A stretch of DNA of 20,424 nucleotides, taken from positions 1-20,424 of the forward strand of contig JBKPAK010000232.1 of the NCBI GenBank assembly GCA_046726415.1, given 5' to 3'. Source of the stretch: Candidatus Methylomirabilota bacterium. Lineage in GTDB: Bacteria; Methylomirabilota; Methylomirabilia; Rokubacteriales; CSP1-6. A model generated the notes under the pieces. That model had not been told where the DNA came from. It ran no database searches and worked only from the letters and a program-made list of their open reading frames with translations. Shown piece after piece: positions 7,852 to 17,253 of this stretch (its first letter is position 1; every line of letters starts with the position of its first letter). The position numbers were made by a program, and so were the translations under genes.

Positions 7852-9324
7852 TTACCGAGGCGCCGCCGCTCTCCCGGTGAGTGCCGTGAGCACCGGAGGG
7901 AGACGGCCTGCCCAGGGGGCGGCCGCCTCGAAGGCGGCGGCGGCCCGGAGGACGGCGGCCTCCTGACGGCGGCGACCGACGATCTGGAGGCCGACGGGTA
8001 GTCCGTCTCGCGTGAAGCCGCAGGGCACTGAGATCGCCGGCAGGCCGGTCAGAGTGATCCCGTACGTGAGATAGAACCACTGGAAGTAGCTGTCGAGTGG
8101 CTTGCCGTTGATCTCCGTCGGGTAAGGCTCCTCCACGGGGAAGGGCGGCACCGCCACCGTCGGGAGGACGAGCAGGTCGCGGGTCGCCATGAAAGCCTGC
8201 ACGCGATGCCAGAGCACGGAGCGCAGCACCTCGGCGTGCGCGATCTCCCTCGCCGTCACCGTCAAGCCCTGCTCGATGTCCTGCACCAGATCCTTCTGCA
8301 TCCGCTCTCGCCACTCCGGCAGCTTGTCGGCGTGGAGAGCGACCATGGCCACGGCGCGCGTGCCACGCACGATGTCATTCACCTCGGAGAAGTCCGGGCA
8401 GGCGGTCTCGACCCGGGCCCCGAGAGCACGGAACACCCGGGTGGCGTCATGGGCCACGCGGGCCACCTCCTCGTCCACGGGGATAAGCCCGTGGAGATCC
8501 GGTGTCCACGCGGCCCGCCAGCCCTTGATAGAGGCCGATTTCACGGCGCGGATCAACTGGCTCGGGTCCACAGCGTACGAGAGCGGAGCGCGGTCGTCGG
8601 GACCGGCCATCGCCGAGAGCATGAGGGCGACGTCGGCGACGGTGCGCGCCAGCGGCCCGGTAACGCTGAGGGTGTCCCAGACGAGCCCCCGAGGATGCGT
8701 GGGGATGAGCCCGGGCGTGGTTCGGAAGCCGAGCACTCCGCAGAACGCCGCTGGTGTCCGGAGCGAGCCGCCGAGGTCCGAGCCCTGGGCGATGGGACCC
8801 ATGCCGGTGGCCACAGCCACCGCGGCGCCCCCGCTCGAGCCGCCACTGGTTAGGGCGGTATTCCACGGGTTACGCGTGGCGCCGAATACCGCGTTGAAGG
8901 TGTTGCCGCCGGCGCCGAACTCGGGCGTGTTGGTCTTGCCCACCACGATGGCGCCGGCCGCCTTGAGACGCTCGACCACGAGGTCGTCGTGGTCGGGCAC
9001 GTGGTCCTGGTAGATCACCGAGCCCCAGGTCGTGCGAATGCCCTTGGTCGAGAACAGGTCTTTGATCGACACCGGTACGCCATGGAGAGGGGCGAGCGCC
9101 GTGCCCTTGCGGCCGAGCGCTCGCGTGGCCCGACGGGCCGCGGCCAGCGCGGACTCGCGCGCTACCGTGACGTAAGCGTTCACAAGGGGATTCACCGCGT
9201 CGATGCGGGCCAGGACCGCTTGCATCACCTCGAGCGGCGAGACCTTCCGGGCGCGGTACAAACGCGCGAGCTCGGTAGCGGGCAGGAAGCAGAGGTCGCG
9301 GCCAGCTGCGGGCTCGGCTATCAC
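7852..9324 (-). CDS. Amidase (amidase signature family)
   Basis: LHGVPVSIKD (catalytic Lys), GGSSGGAAVAVATG signature, GSDLGGSLR (Ser nucleophile) and GKTNTPEFG. The real start is likely GTG 9324; the ORF-track extension to 9978 is a shadow overlapping the DUF418 gene. Confidence 0.92.
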   Translation of the reverse strand: MIAEPAAGRDLCFLPATELARLYRARKVSPLEVMQAVLARIDAVNPLVNAYVTVARESALAAARRATRALGRKGTALAPLHGVPVSIKDLFSTKGIRTTWGSVIYQDHVPDHDDLVVERLKAAGAIVVGKTNTPEFGAGGNTFNAVFGATRNPWNTALTSGGSSGGAAVAVATGMGPIAQGSDLGGSLRTPAAFCGVLGFRTTPGLIPTHPRGLVWDTLSVTGPLARTVADVALMLSAMAGPDDRAPLSYAVDPSQLIRAVKSASIKGWRAAWTPDLHGLIPVDEEVARVAHDATRVFRALGARVETACPDFSEVNDIVRGTRAVAMVALHADKLPEWRERMQKDLVQDIEQGLTVTAREIAHAEVLRSVLWHRVQAFMATRDLLVLPTVAVPPFPVEEPYPTEINGKPLDSYFQWFYLTYGITLTGLPAISVPCGFTRDGLPVGLQIVGRRRQEAAVLRAAAAFEAAAPWAGRLPPVLTALTGRAAAPR

Positions 9325-9341
9325 GGGTGGCCCGAGTTCAA

Positions 9342-10613
9342 TCAGATCTCGGCGGTGAGGGCCGACGCGCGCACGAAGCTCGGCCGCCGTTTGAACACGA
9401 GCCAGCGTGTCAGCCACTCCGCCGGCCCCACGGCGAAGTAGCGGAGCCACATCGAGGACGCCAGCAGCTGGAACGCCCAGATTCCCGCCACGATCGTGAG
9501 CTGGCCTGCCCGATCCACGCGGCCGAAGAGGCCGAGGCCGTGGCCGTAGAAGATCGTCGTGCAGATGACCGTCTGCAGAAGATAGTTGGTGAGGGCTATG
9601 CGCCCCACTGCCGCTAACGGGCGCAGCGCCCAGCCGCGCTGGCAGAGCAGCATCACCAGGGCCACCCAGCCCAGCGCCACGAAAAGATCGCCCCAGTACT
9701 GCAGCTGCTGGCTGACCAGTGAGAAATCCAGGAGGTCCCACCCCATCGCGACGCTCCGCCAGAGCCCGAGCGAGATGAGCAGGATGCCGGCGCCGAAGCC
9801 GAGGATCGCCATGCGCAGATAGAAGGCCCGGGGGCGGGCGGCGCTGAGGACACCCAGCTTGAACAGCGCCATGCCCATCAGCATGAGGCCCATCATCTGC
9901 CAAAGGAGCCGGGTGACGAAGTACACCGTCTGCGTCTCTAGCGCCGCCGGCACTCGATGGGCCATCTGCTCGACCCACCCCCCTCGGTACCGGGCGATCT
10001 CGAGGTTGATGATTTCAGGGCGTGGCGTCCACTGCGCTCGCCACGCCGCCAGCGCGGCCGGGTCGGACTGGGCGGTGGACCATGTCAGCGCGATCGACAG
10101 GATCGAGGCGGTGGCGAAGGCCAGGCCGCCGAGGACCAAGAGCCGCCCGGGCGAGAGCCGGCGGGCGTAAAAGACGACGGCGCCGCTCAGGGCGAGGAAA
10201 ACAAGCATGTCGCCGTACCAGAGAAGGTATGCGTGCAGGAGACCCACGATCAACAGTACCGCCATTCGTCTCATGTGGGCACGCCAGGGGGCGATGGCTC
10301 GGTCGCCGGCCTCATTCGCCAGCATGACGATGCTGACGCCGAGCAACATGGCAAAGATGGTGATGAACTTTCCGTCAGCAAGCACAGATGTGACGAGCCA
10401 CGCCCACCAGTTGAGACCCTCGAAGTTGCCATAGGCTGTGGGGTTCCAGCGGGCGAGGCTGGGAAATGCAAACAGCTGGATGTGGACCGCGAGCATGCCG
10501 AGCACCCCAACTCCCCGAAGCACGTCGAGGGACTGGATCCGCGCCCGCGCTTGGCCCGCCGCCCTGCTCTGCGCGGTTGTCCTGCCACGGCGTCTCGAGG
10601 CTGTTTCAGTCAC
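9342..10613 (-). CDS. yeiB: DUF418 (YeiB-like) inner membrane protein
   Basis: RIQSLDVLRGVGVLGML, DGKFITIFAMLLG, HAYLLWYGDML, VGRIALTNYLLQTVICTTIFYGHGLGLFG and GPAEWL motifs; multiple hydrophobic segments; overlaps the cyclase stop. Confidence 0.88.
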   Translation of the reverse strand: MTETASRRRGRTTAQSRAAGQARARIQSLDVLRGVGVLGMLAVHIQLFAFPSLARWNPTAYGNFEGLNWWAWLVTSVLADGKFITIFAMLLGVSIVMLANEAGDRAIAPWRAHMRRMAVLLIVGLLHAYLLWYGDMLVFLALSGAVVFYARRLSPGRLLVLGGLAFATASILSIALTWSTAQSDPAALAAWRAQWTPRPEIINLEIARYRGGWVEQMAHRVPAALETQTVYFVTRLLWQMMGLMLMGMALFKLGVLSAARPRAFYLRMAILGFGAGILLISLGLWRSVAMGWDLLDFSLVSQQLQYWGDLFVALGWVALVMLLCQRGWALRPLAAVGRIALTNYLLQTVICTTIFYGHGLGLFGRVDRAGQLTIVAGIWAFQLLASSMWLRYFAVGPAEWLTRWLVFKRRPSFVRASALTAEI

Positions 10614-13600
10614 GCCGCGTGATACTCAACCCATGCGACCGCAACATCCCTTCGACGTGCCGCCGGCGTCCCTCGTCATCGACCCCCAGGCCACCAGCGG
10701 GCGCATCCATGGTGACGCGCATCGGGCCGCCCGGAGCGAGCACCCGGGTCAGGTACTCGTAGACCTTGCGATGATCGCGCGCGACGATCAACACATGTCC
10801 CAGCTCGCTCAGTGACGAAGCTGCCTGCCGGAGCCAGAGTGGCATGTCCATCGCGATAAACAGGCGCATCGCAGTCAGGAAATGGTCCTCCGCGCGGTCC
10901 CGATCACTGGCGCGGACGTACAGGCGGCCGATCCGCAGGTGGGTGCGCGCGAGCAGGGGCCGCATCTCCAATTCTTCGGCTTGCGCGATCGCCGCCAGGT
11001 AGTAGTGCTCAGCCTCGTCGACGTCAAGGGAACCGCACGCGGCGGCCTCACCGAGCACGTGCAGCGCGGCGGCCGCATCCCCGCGCTGACCTCGCTCTCT
11101 GGCGAGGGTCAGCGCCCGCTGCGCGGCGGTCGAAGCCTCGTCGACGCGATCGGCGAAGAGGCACGCCTCGCCGAGCAATGCGAGCACGGCGGCCTGCTGC
11201 ATCAGGAGCCGCCTGGACTCGACCTCCTCCGCGGCCGCTCGCACGATGGCGACGCCCTCATCGATTCGCCCGGCCAGGAGATAGGTGGCGCCCAGGAGCC
11301 GGGTGGCCTGCGGACGGAACAGCGGGAGGTTCGCCTCCCGAGCTACGCTGCAGGCACGCTCGAGCACCGGGCCCGCAGTGTCCAGGTCTCCCCTGACGAG
11401 AGTGCAATATCCCAACCCAATGTAGGCCGCGGCCAGGCTATACGGGCTGCCGAGGCCTTCGGCGAGGACCACCGCCCGGCGGCCGGCGTCGACCCCCTCC
11501 TCGAATTCCCCGCGCTCCGCGAGACAGCGCGCGAGCCAGGCGAGGGTAATCGCCTGGAACGCCGCCCAGGACCCGATCACCGTCCCGCCGAACGCGCCGG
11601 TTCGCCATTCGGCCTCTGGCGACTGCACGACGGCCCGCAACACCTCGGATGCGCGCCGGTAGTCGCCGAGGGCGTGACAGGCCAGCCCAAGGTAATGGCC
11701 CGCGTAGAGTTGGAGCGGGAGATCTCGCAGCTTGTCGCCCAGGGTGAGCGCTTGCTCGGCAAGCGTTCGCGCCTCAGCAAACCGCCCAGTCTGGCGGAAG
11801 TATTCGGCGGTGTGGATGGAGACCAAGCCGAGCCGGCGGGAATCGGAGATCGCGCTGGCCATAGTCTCGGCTTCCCGAAGGTAGCCCCGCATCTTCTCGA
11901 ACTCGCCAAGTGGGTAGAGCGAGCCACGAAGCTCGAGGCGCACATCGATATTTTGCTCTCGCGTCTCTGGCGTCTCGGGCAAGTGGCGTAGCGCCTCCAG
12001 CGCCTCTTCGAGACACGCCAGTGCCTCCCGGTGCGCCGATCTCGCCTGAGCCTTGGCCGCGGCCTGCCTCTGATAGGTCGCGGCCTTGTCCCATACCTGC
12101 CCGCGCCCGAAGTGGTAGGCGAGAAGCTCGACGACGTCGTCGATCCGGCCCGCGTAGAGCTCCTCGAGGCCGCGTCCGGCCGCGGCGTGGAACAGCCGCC
12201 GCCGTCGCTCGAGGAGGCTTGTGTACACGACGTCCTGCGTCAGCGCGTGCTTGAAGCTGTATATCAGCTCGGGGTCGTGCGCGCTCGGGAAGACGAAGTC
12301 GACGGTATGGAGATCCTTCAAGTCGCCCGCCACCTGATCGCGCTCGGTCTCACGGACGTGGGACACGAGAGAAACGCCGAAGCGGCGGCCGACCACCGAG
12401 GCGACCTGGAGTGTCCGCTTGGGCGAGTCGGCCACGCGGTCCACCCGGGCGGCGATGATGTCGCGGATCGTCGCCGGCACCGTCACGTCGGCCGCCCGAA
12501 GCCGCGCCTCTCCATTCTCGACGACGATGCTCTCCGTCTCTTGCAGCTGCCGGACGATCTCCTCGACATACAGGGGATTGCCCTCGCCCTTGGCCAAGAG
12601 GAGCTGGAAGAGCGGCTCTGAGACCGAGCGAGTGGCGCAGAGTGCCCCCACCATCTCCCTGATGTCGTCGTGGGCGAGACCCTCCAGTTTGAGCCCCTCG
12701 GTTGCGATGGAGAGCCAATCCATGGAAGCCCCCGGTCGGGTGGTGAGCGCCAGCAACACTGAGTGCTTGTGCACGCGCTCCGCCAGCGATTTCAGGAACT
12801 CCGCCGAGCTGTCGTCGATCCAGTGCATGTTTTCGACGACGAGGATTACAGGCCTCAGAGCGCTCTCACGGAAGATGATGGTGCTCAGGAGCTCGTGCGT
12901 GCGGCTCCGGAGCTGGGCGCCCTGCACGCGAAGGAGGAACTCCGGCGGCACCGAAAGGCCCAGGAAATGGTGAAGCAGGAACGCGGGCTCCTCGCCCTCG
13001 ACTCCGAGCACGGCGAGCCGCGCGGCAATTCTCCGCCTGATCTCCTCGGGCGAGAGCTCCTCGGAGAGATCGAAGTATCGCTGGTACAGCTCGACCAGCG
13101 GACGGTACGCCATGGTGCGACCGAAGGACGCGCAGGTCGTTTCGAGCTCCAGGTGCCCGCTTCCATCCAGGCTCCGCAGGAACTCGTAGAGCAGGCGGGA
13201 TTTGCCCACGCCCGGGTCGCCGGCGATGACGACCATCCCTCCGAGACCGCCGGTGGCCTTTCGGAACGACCCGGCCAGCCGCTCCCGCTCCACGGCACGG
13301 CCGATCAGGGGCGTCAACCCGCGTTCCTTCGACACCTCCAGTCGGGTTCGCCCGCCGATCTCGCTCTTCACGGCGTAGGCGCGCTGGGGCTCGCTCTTGC
13401 CCTTGACCTGGAAATCGCCCAGGTCCTCGAACACGAAGAAGCCCTCACAGAGCCCCTTGGTGTGCCGACTGGCTACGATCTGTCCGGGCTGCGCGACATT
13501 GAGCAGGCGCGACGCGAGGTTCACGGTGTCGCCCAGGGCCGTGTAGTCCATTCGGAGATCGCGGCCAATGGCGCCCACCACGACCGGCCCAGTGTTGATG

Positions 13601-14232
13601 CCGATTCGCATGCGAAAGTCCCGTCCATGGGTGCGCTCGACATCGGCCCGGAGTGGCTCGAGCTTCTCCTGAATCGCCAGCGCGGCCCGCAGGGCGCGCC
13701 CGGCATGATCTTCATGGGCGATTGGCGCTCCGAACAGCGCCATCACGCCGTCCCCGAGGAACTGATTAATCGTCCCCTCGTAGCCATGGACCACGGCGAG
13801 AATCACCTCGAAGGCGCGGTCCATGATGGCGTGGACTTCCTCGGGATCCAGGCGCTCCGACATCGCGGTGAACCCCGAGACGTCGGTGAACATGACTGTC
13901 ACCTGCTTGCGCTCTCCCTCGACCGCGACCCGTGACACCGGGATCTTCTCGGCGAGGTGCCTCGGCGTGTAGCTCTCAGGCGAGGCGAAGCGCGCCCCTG
14001 GCGTTGCCGTCGGCAGAGGTCCTGCTGGCGGGGACGGGGCCGGGCTTGTCGACGCCAAGGGGACCGTGGCCGACATGCCCCCCGCTAGGTTGGCGCCGCA
14101 CTCCCCGCAGAACTTGTTCGTGGGCTGGTTGGAGGCGTTGCACGCGGGGCAGAGCACCGCGAGGCGGACCCCACACTCTCCGCAGAACTTCTGCCCGGCG
14201 ACGTTCTCGTGCTGGCACTGAGGGCACTGCAT
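10606..14232 (-). CDS. Double zinc ribbon - class III adenylate/guanylate cyclase - STAND (AAA) ATPase - TPR protein
   Basis: Four CxxC motifs at the N-terminus; cyclase motifs GERKQVTVMFTDVSGFT, QFLGDGVMALFG and GDTVNLASRL; Walker A GDPGVGKS; Walker B-like LVVENMHWID; GNPLYVEE; YSFKHALTQDVVY; C-terminal helical repeats. Confidence 0.93.
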   Translation of the reverse strand: MQCPQCQHENVAGQKFCGECGVRLAVLCPACNASNQPTNKFCGECGANLAGGMSATVPLASTSPAPSPPAGPLPTATPGARFASPESYTPRHLAEKIPVSRVAVEGERKQVTVMFTDVSGFTAMSERLDPEEVHAIMDRAFEVILAVVHGYEGTINQFLGDGVMALFGAPIAHEDHAGRALRAALAIQEKLEPLRADVERTHGRDFRMRIGINTGPVVVGAIGRDLRMDYTALGDTVNLASRLLNVAQPGQIVASRHTKGLCEGFFVFEDLGDFQVKGKSEPQRAYAVKSEIGGRTRLEVSKERGLTPLIGRAVERERLAGSFRKATGGLGGMVVIAGDPGVGKSRLLYEFLRSLDGSGHLELETTCASFGRTMAYRPLVELYQRYFDLSEELSPEEIRRRIAARLAVLGVEGEEPAFLLHHFLGLSVPPEFLLRVQGAQLRSRTHELLSTIIFRESALRPVILVVENMHWIDDSSAEFLKSLAERVHKHSVLLALTTRPGASMDWLSIATEGLKLEGLAHDDIREMVGALCATRSVSEPLFQLLLAKGEGNPLYVEEIVRQLQETESIVVENGEARLRAADVTVPATIRDIIAARVDRVADSPKRTLQVASVVGRRFGVSLVSHVRETERDQVAGDLKDLHTVDFVFPSAHDPELIYSFKHALTQDVVYTSLLERRRRLFHAAAGRGLEELYAGRIDDVVELLAYHFGRGQVWDKAATYQRQAAAKAQARSAHREALACLEEALEALRHLPETPETREQNIDVRLELRGSLYPLGEFEKMRGYLREAETMASAISDSRRLGLVSIHTAEYFRQTGRFAEARTLAEQALTLGDKLRDLPLQLYAGHYLGLACHALGDYRRASEVLRAVVQSPEAEWRTGAFGGTVIGSWAAFQAITLAWLARCLAERGEFEEGVDAGRRAVVLAEGLGSPYSLAAAYIGLGYCTLVRGDLDTAGPVLERACSVAREANLPLFRPQATRLLGATYLLAGRIDEGVAIVRAAAEEVESRRLLMQQAAVLALLGEACLFADRVDEASTAAQRALTLARERGQRGDAAAALHVLGEAAACGSLDVDEAEHYYLAAIAQAEELEMRPLLARTHLRIGRLYVRASDRDRAEDHFLTAMRLFIAMDMPLWLRQAASSLSELGHVLIVARDHRKVYEYLTRVLAPGGPMRVTMDAPAGGLGVDDEGRRRHVEGMLRSHGLSITRRD

Positions 14233-14882
14233 CTTGAGTGACGATGCTCCTTCTTCGGGTTTACCTGTTATGGAAGCCGGGGGCGTCGTGCTGCCGCCCG
14301 CCAGCGGCTACACCGGGAGTGTACGCCCGTCGGCGTGCCGAAGAGCCACTCCTGCGCTGGCCACGCTCCTGCCCGCCGGGCCGGGAGTTGGGCGGTCGTT
14401 CCTGGCGCTTCTGGTGAGGTGACTCGCGTCGCGGAGCGAGCCACCTGCGCCGTGATCGCCGGAGCGCGAACGACCACGGCGGGCCGGGTCCGGCATGCCG
14501 TCGCCGTCGGTGCGAACGGTCGCGCACACGATCAATTCGCCGGTCCCGTTGCCGTCGAAGGCGATGCCGAGCTTCCCGTCGGACCAGCGCCCTGGGTCGT
14601 CCCAGCAGCCCCAGACCTGGTTCGGTCGCGCCACGCTTGGACCAGGGCGCCACGGTTTCGCCCTTCCGTTCCCGGCGTGACGTGCTTCGCGTCAAACCCT
14701 CTCATGCCCCCAGAAGGTGGTGACTGTCACGCACGGTACGTGCGTGGGCGAATTGAAATGCCGAAATGGATTCGAGGTGTGACGCGTACTTGCGAGCGCT
14801 TCGGTGGTCAATGGTGGTGGTCTTGTCACTTGTTCGGACCACCACGAGATAGGTTGCTGCCGAGACGTGAGCCAGAGCCGTT

Positions 14883-15108
14883 GCGCTGTCGCTCGTGACG
14901 GCGTCCCAAGGTACCGCTCAGAGTGTCGACCTGAAGGGCCGGCGGAACGCAGCCCCTCCTTCAACGACCTCGGCTTGCGGCTTTGGGCCGCAGGAGCGCT
15001 TTCTGGCCTGGGAAATGACGACGTAGTCATTGGTCGCAGTGCGCAGGGCGACGTCACATCACTCTGCACGAACCAGGGCGGGAATCAGGCCCGAACGCCA
15101 ACTGGACG
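14883..15108 (+). pseudogene. Decayed paralog of the 15942 secreted protein family
   Basis: Three consecutive frames give ALSLVTASQGTAQSVDLKGRRNA, then PSFNDLGLRLWAAGALSGLGNDDVVIGRSAQGDVTSLCTNQGGNQA, then PNANWT. These echo ELAGVGNKN...DCNNPGN...CPNPNWR in the intact gene. Confidence 0.6.
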
Positions 15109-15720
15109 CCCGCTTCGGAGGGGTCATTCGGTTCCCGATCGTCAAGTAAGGTCACGCGAGCGGCCTCGGCTGACCAAGCCCGAGAACTGGCGTTGGCCCG
15201 CTCGGAAAGCTCGAGAGGCAAGTCTACGAGCTGCAGCGACAGGAGCTCGCACTCGGGTAACCGCCCTGGGAGGTGATCCGACTAGCTTAACTGCGTGACG
15301 CCAAGAGCCGCGCTGAGGGCCGTGCGGAGTCTTGTCTTGGTTCGAGGAGGCCCGGCTAGGAGGATCAGCAGTGCCCACAGGACCCGAACTGCCAACGAAC
15401 TGGACCGCGCAGCTGTTTATCATCCTCACGGCCCCCCAAGCTCTACCCACTCGGGCCAGGACACCGGACTCAGCTTGCGCTGTCTCGCGCTAGCTGATCA
15501 GCTGGTCTGACCGCTCTTCGCCTGGCAGCCTCGGCAGGCCGCTTCTCTATCGAACGATACTGCAAAAAGTACCTTTCGGTGAATGTTCAAGAAGAGGCGC
15601 GCCGCAGTAGTCTCCCTGCACGCAGGGCAGCTCATCATCTTTGTGTCCGGGGCAGCAAAGGTGACAGCGCCCTAGCCACCGACGTGTCCGGGAACGGAGG
15701 TGATCAAGCGATCGCGAAGC

Positions 15721-15774
15721 GCGGAGGGAACCAAGGAACGGCGGATGGAACCAAGGAATGCGGGGGAATCAAGG
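15721..15774. repeat. Three tandem ~20-bp direct repeats GCGG(A)KGGAAYCAAGG(AA)
   Basis: GCGGAGGGAACCAAGGAACG / GCGGATGGAACCAAGGAAT / GCGGGGGAATCAAGG, read directly. Confidence 0.7.
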
Positions 15775-15941
15775 TGGCCGACTCTCAAGGAGGTGAGGCC
15801 AGAGACGGCCGAGGCGTGGCGGCGACCGCTGAGACGCGTGATGTCCTTCTGAGCACGTGAGGCGTGTGTGAAGACAAGAGGCGGGCAACAGGAATCCGAA
15901 ACGAGCCTTCGACTTAACCCTTTTTGAGAAGGAGTTCGACC

Positions 15942-16520
15942 ATGTCACGTATCCTGTCGATTCTGATGAGGAAAGTAGAGATCATCGGCGTATCATCGAT
16001 GCTGCTGGTGGCCTTCGCGGCCTCGGTAGCTCTGGCGCAGGAGTTTACTGGTACTCTCAACGAGGAGAATGCCCCGCGCGGGACGCACTTCGTCACAGGG
16101 ACACCTACGCCGACGTGCACGGTTTCCGGCACCGCGGTAAGCTGTAACTCGTACGAGCTCGCCGGCGTAGGAAACAAGAACGCGACGGCGAACCTGGTTG
16201 CCTCGTACTCCGCGATCGTCGACTGCAACAACCCGGGCAACAGCCCGAACAACCCGATCGAATCGCACGAGACGACCTTCAGTACCTCTGCAACCAGCGG
16301 GCAAATTGAGCCCAAGAATGGTAGGCTCCTGGTGCCTGCGCTCAGCGTAGACGCGCCGGCGGACCCTGTCTTGACGCCTGAGCAAGAGGCGGCACTTTGC
16401 CCCAACCCGAACTGGCGCGCCGAAATCCGAGCGGGGTCTCTCGAGCTCACGAGCTTCGCGTATACGGTCACGTTCGAGGGCTTCGACGCGCCGGCCATCT
16501 CGATCAGCCACATTTTTTAG
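15942..16520 (+). CDS. Secreted beta-rich hypothetical protein (LAGVGN, CxNPG, KNG, CPNPNW motifs)
   Basis: AAGGAG RBS (15929-15934) before ATG 15942; signal peptide ending ALA|Q; four Cys; followed by a terminator. Confidence 0.82.
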   Translation: MSRILSILMRKVEIIGVSSMLLVAFAASVALAQEFTGTLNEENAPRGTHFVTGTPTPTCTVSGTAVSCNSYELAGVGNKNATANLVASYSAIVDCNNPGNSPNNPIESHETTFSTSATSGQIEPKNGRLLVPALSVDAPADPVLTPEQEAALCPNPNWRAEIRAGSLELTSFAYTVTFEGFDAPAISISHIF

Positions 16521-16540
16521 GCCGGTGAGCCGCTAGACAT

Positions 16541-16580
16541 GGAAGGGCCGGGGCTTCACAGGCTCCGGCCCTTTCTTCTT
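16541..16580 (+). terminator. Rho-independent terminator
   Basis: GGAAGGGCCGGGGC-loop-GCTCCGGCCCTTTC stem followed by TTCTT, 20 nt after the 16520 stop. Confidence 0.75.
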
Positions 16581-16807
16581 GCGGCGATCGGGGTTGGGGA
16601 CCGAGGACCTCGACAGCCACCTGTCCGTAAGAGGGTTCGCGCTCTACGAGTCCAGAATGGGGGCGGAAATACCGCGCCCCGGCCCACGTCCGAGACGGGA
16701 GTCGAGACCTTCAGCCAGGTCCCTCGTCGGCACTGGCTGACGTGTGACATGGGTCGGAAAGGATCTGCCGGAGGAACACTGTCTGTCACGGGAGCGTGAC
16801 GACGACC

Positions 16808-17056
16808 ATGAACATCACTACCATCGGCAGGGGAACCATCGGAGGCGGCCTTGCACGGCTCTGGGAGCGGGCGGGCCACAGCGTCACGACGCTCGGGCGT
16901 GACGGCGGCGACGCGTCGGATGCCGACGTCGTCTTCGTCGCCGTTCCGTCGGGTTCGATCTCCGAGGCGCTCGCCAAGGTGACGGGACTGGACGGCAAGA
17001 TCGCGATCGACACGGCGAATGCATTCGCGGGGCGCAACGAGCAGTTCGGCGCATAG
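16808..17056 (+). pseudogene. Truncated NADP oxidoreductase (F420-dependent NADP reductase-like Rossmann domain)
   Basis: [19 protein letters not shown] (GxGxxG), [10 protein letters not shown] and GKIAIDTAN. Only 82 aa, whereas this family is typically about 200 aa. Confidence 0.75.
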
Positions 17057-17253
17057 GAAGCATTAACGACGCGTGCGGCGGGTAGCCAAGATCCCCTGGA
17101 AGATCCCAGATCCCAGCGTCGTTGAGCGGCCAGGCCCGGAGCCCTGCCCGAGGCAGAAACCGCCCGGTGGCCCGGCTCCGCATTGATCCTTCTCCCGCGA
17201 CCGAGGCAAGGTCAGGGGGCCGAGGGATCTCGGAGGGGGATAGTCGACATTAA

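Noticed and set aside
9325..9978. N-terminal 218 aa of the 708-aa amidase ORF
   Set aside because: Low-complexity out-of-frame overlap with the DUF418 gene; amidase similarity begins near GTG 9324.
10882..13935. Long plus-strand ORFs (369 aa, 390 aa)
   Set aside because: Antisense shadows of the GC-rich cyclase gene, with no motifs.
14261..14695. Minus-strand ORFs upstream of the cyclase (e.g. VWGCWDDPGRWSDGKLGIAFDG...)
   Set aside because: May hide a gene remnant, but I could not recognise a family or a convincing start.
15914..16513. 199-aa minus-strand ORF
   Set aside because: Antisense shadow of the 15942 gene, which has an RBS, signal peptide and terminator.
17061..17127. attC-like site (AACGACGC/GCGTCGTT stem ending in GTTGAGC, with AGATCCC x3 inside)
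   Set aside because: The left end does not fit RYYYAAC, inner L-box pairing is poor, and there is no integrase or cassette array in the window.
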